DNA of 64,000 bases from Selaginella moellendorffii. Its lineage: Eukaryota; Plantae; Lycopodiophyta. Of the stretch, positions 61,966-64,000 are shown piece after piece; the stretch's first letter is position 1, and each line of letters starts with the position of its first letter. The stretch lies in assembly GCF_000143415.4 (NCBI RefSeq), contig NW_003314272.1:1744374-1808373 (forward strand), written 5' to 3'. The notes beneath the pieces are model-generated. The model was not told where the DNA came from, did no database searches, and saw nothing but the letters and a program-made list of their open reading frames with translations. The translations under genes were made by a program, and so were the position numbers.

Positions 61966-63600
61966 TTACTGTTGACAACGAGGATTCTGACCGGGTCCTC
62001 CGTAGTAGAAGTAGTTCCCCCAGTCCCCGCTAGTTGCTCTAAGGATATCGTAGCAATTGGGATGTTCTGCTAGAGTCTGGAGCATAACCTGCGTTTTCAG
62101 TTTGTTTGTGCCGTCTACATATCCCAGATTCCTGAAATAGCTAGCCTGCCCGAATCCCTGTGACGGAAAGTGTCCGCTTCCCATCTGAGTAGCCGTGTGG
62201 TGGCCTCGAGGTGCTGTATTAACTATCTCCCCTCCCCACTCGATCATGGACGCATGATCGCCGAGATGAGTGAAGAGCTCCGCTGGCCAGTATCCTAGTA
62301 AAATACCTGGTCCGAATCTCATCCACCAGTTTTTGGTTCTGGGATCCTGGGAGAGAGTGAAACAAGCTCGAGTTCTTTCTTTTGCATTTGATTCAAACTG
62401 ATGGGTTTTACCTTCCAGATGAGGATCCGGATGTCGTATTGAGCACCATTGAGCAGTGACAAGGGGGATATTGTAGCACCAATGGCAATACTCCTCCCGA
62501 GTTGTATGAAGCCTGAGCACAGCAGGTTGTAGCAGCCAGTGGTTCGATATGCATCGCTCTGGAAACGATCACAGTATATTGAGCACGGAAACAAACTGGA
62601 GATTTCAAACTCACCGTCCAGTATGTGAACAACCGGGGGTTGCTGTCGCCGTAAAGCAGTGGACTCACCTGAAAGACACTCGAGCCAGTCAGTAAACTCT
62701 CGAAGTGAAGTCCGAGAAAGGGTCCTTACTTGCCAGCCGGCTTCGATGCTGTTGAGATCGCCATAGAAGGAACCAGCAAGCAACCACATTTGGGAGAGGC
62801 TGAACTCGTTCGGGACTTGGATGGCTGGTTTCCATACGTTGAGGGACGCTTGAGCACCGTAATACTGGCCTCCGTTGATGAACGCGATAGCATGCTGCGA
62901 AAAAGAGAAACTTTTGAGACTCCAGCAAGAAAGATGCGGAGATGCTTACCTCATGGCTGCCTTGAGCAGGCTCGGGTGGTCTTATTCTTCTAGGATTGGG
63001 GGGTGGCCTTGCTTTGCGACCGTAGCGGCTGACAGAACCACCGACGCGGAGTATGTCATCTATAGTTGTTCTTCGGATGGGGACGGTTCCTTCGGGGCAC
63101 TCTCCGCTTTGGTGCCACAATTGGTACGAGACTTTGTCGTCGCCTGGGCTGGATTCGGTTGAAGCTGCTCCATCCTCCTGGTCTGGCCAGAAGTCTGGTT
63201 TGCTCTACACATCGGACAAGAGACAGCGATTCTAAGCCCAGTTATGCTCGCAAGTCAGCACAACACACCTGGAGTTTGTGATCTTTGAGCAGCGGGTGAT
63301 CGAATGCCGGTTGGTTGCTGATGAGAACGCAGTCTATTATGTCCCCGTCTGGACTCTGGGGAAAGAACAACTCTAAGACGCTGCTACAAAGATCTGGAGG
63401 AGGAGTTTGGTTACCCGGATGGTGTGCACCGCAGGCTTGTTGATGTTGTTGAGCTTCTTCCGGAGCTCCAGCACCTGTCTCCGGGACAGCCTCCTCCTGT
63501 GAGCTGTTCCGGTGGCGTTGATCGCTCCGGTTTCCAAAGCCGACGCGAGATGGATCAAGAACAGGAGTAGAACGAGTGACAATCCTCTCCGGCATGACAT
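61966..63600 (-). CDS. Neprosin-family (DUF4409 propeptide + DUF239) secreted prolyl endoprotease-like protein
   Basis: [79 protein letters not shown]. Confidence 0.94.
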
Positions 63601-64000
63601 GGCCGACACGAAAACTTCTACACACCTACTGGAGGCTGAAGAATTGACTGGAAGCGAGATCTACAAGCTAGAGAGGCCTGGCGATTTTCTCGAAAGGCTA
63701 ACTTTGCTCGAGCTACGAGACCGAGGGAGAAGCTTCGACAGAAAGACTGATAGCTTCGGACACAGCAGCAGCGGCAGCAAGAGCCAGACATGTAGAGACA
63801 AACAAGCTTGCACATTACTCTTTCCTGGACAAGGATGAGATCACTGGCGAAAGAGAGGTGGGAGGACCCATTTCAAACGAGCAGCGGCCAGCGGCAGGAT
63901 CGAAATGATGATGATGCACGGCCAACATCAGCGAGGAGACAAGCAAAAGAATCACTGGAGTCACTTTTACTGGAAGCAGAAGAGGAAGAAGAAGAAGAAG

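Overview
Plant nuclear DNA, most likely the lycophyte Selaginella. This is inferred from the ~50-70 nt introns, very compact gene spacing, a PLS-type PPR gene and an STR2-type ABCG gene. The first ~35 kb is rich in nested LTR retroelements, interrupted by MED25 and several pseudogenes; the remainder is gene-dense (SNM1B/Apollo-like nuclease, RLCK-VII kinase, CML, P58IPK, class III peroxidase, MSRB, STR2, beta-amylase, Crinkler/RHS-like NTPase, PPR, neprosin). The main result is at 134-7945. A full-length chromoviral Ty3/gypsy element and a 594-bp Cassandra TRIM (5S rRNA core in its LTRs) are joined head-to-tail by a 5-nt linker (ACT+AA) that equals the predicted unprocessed cDNA ends of the two elements. 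The pair shares a single TCATG target-site duplication, so they appear to have been ligated as cDNAs and integrated in one event, which points to this chromovirus as the mobilising partner of Cassandra. The chromovirus integrase is also split by two short GT-AG introns whose removal restores conserved motifs. Its 3' UTR shares covarying T-loop/B-box hairpins with a large non-coding partner element. Other notable items are a hevein-GH17 glucanase fusion pseudogene, two Crinkler-like NTPase-nuclease genes and a fungal-type FAD oxidoreductase relic.
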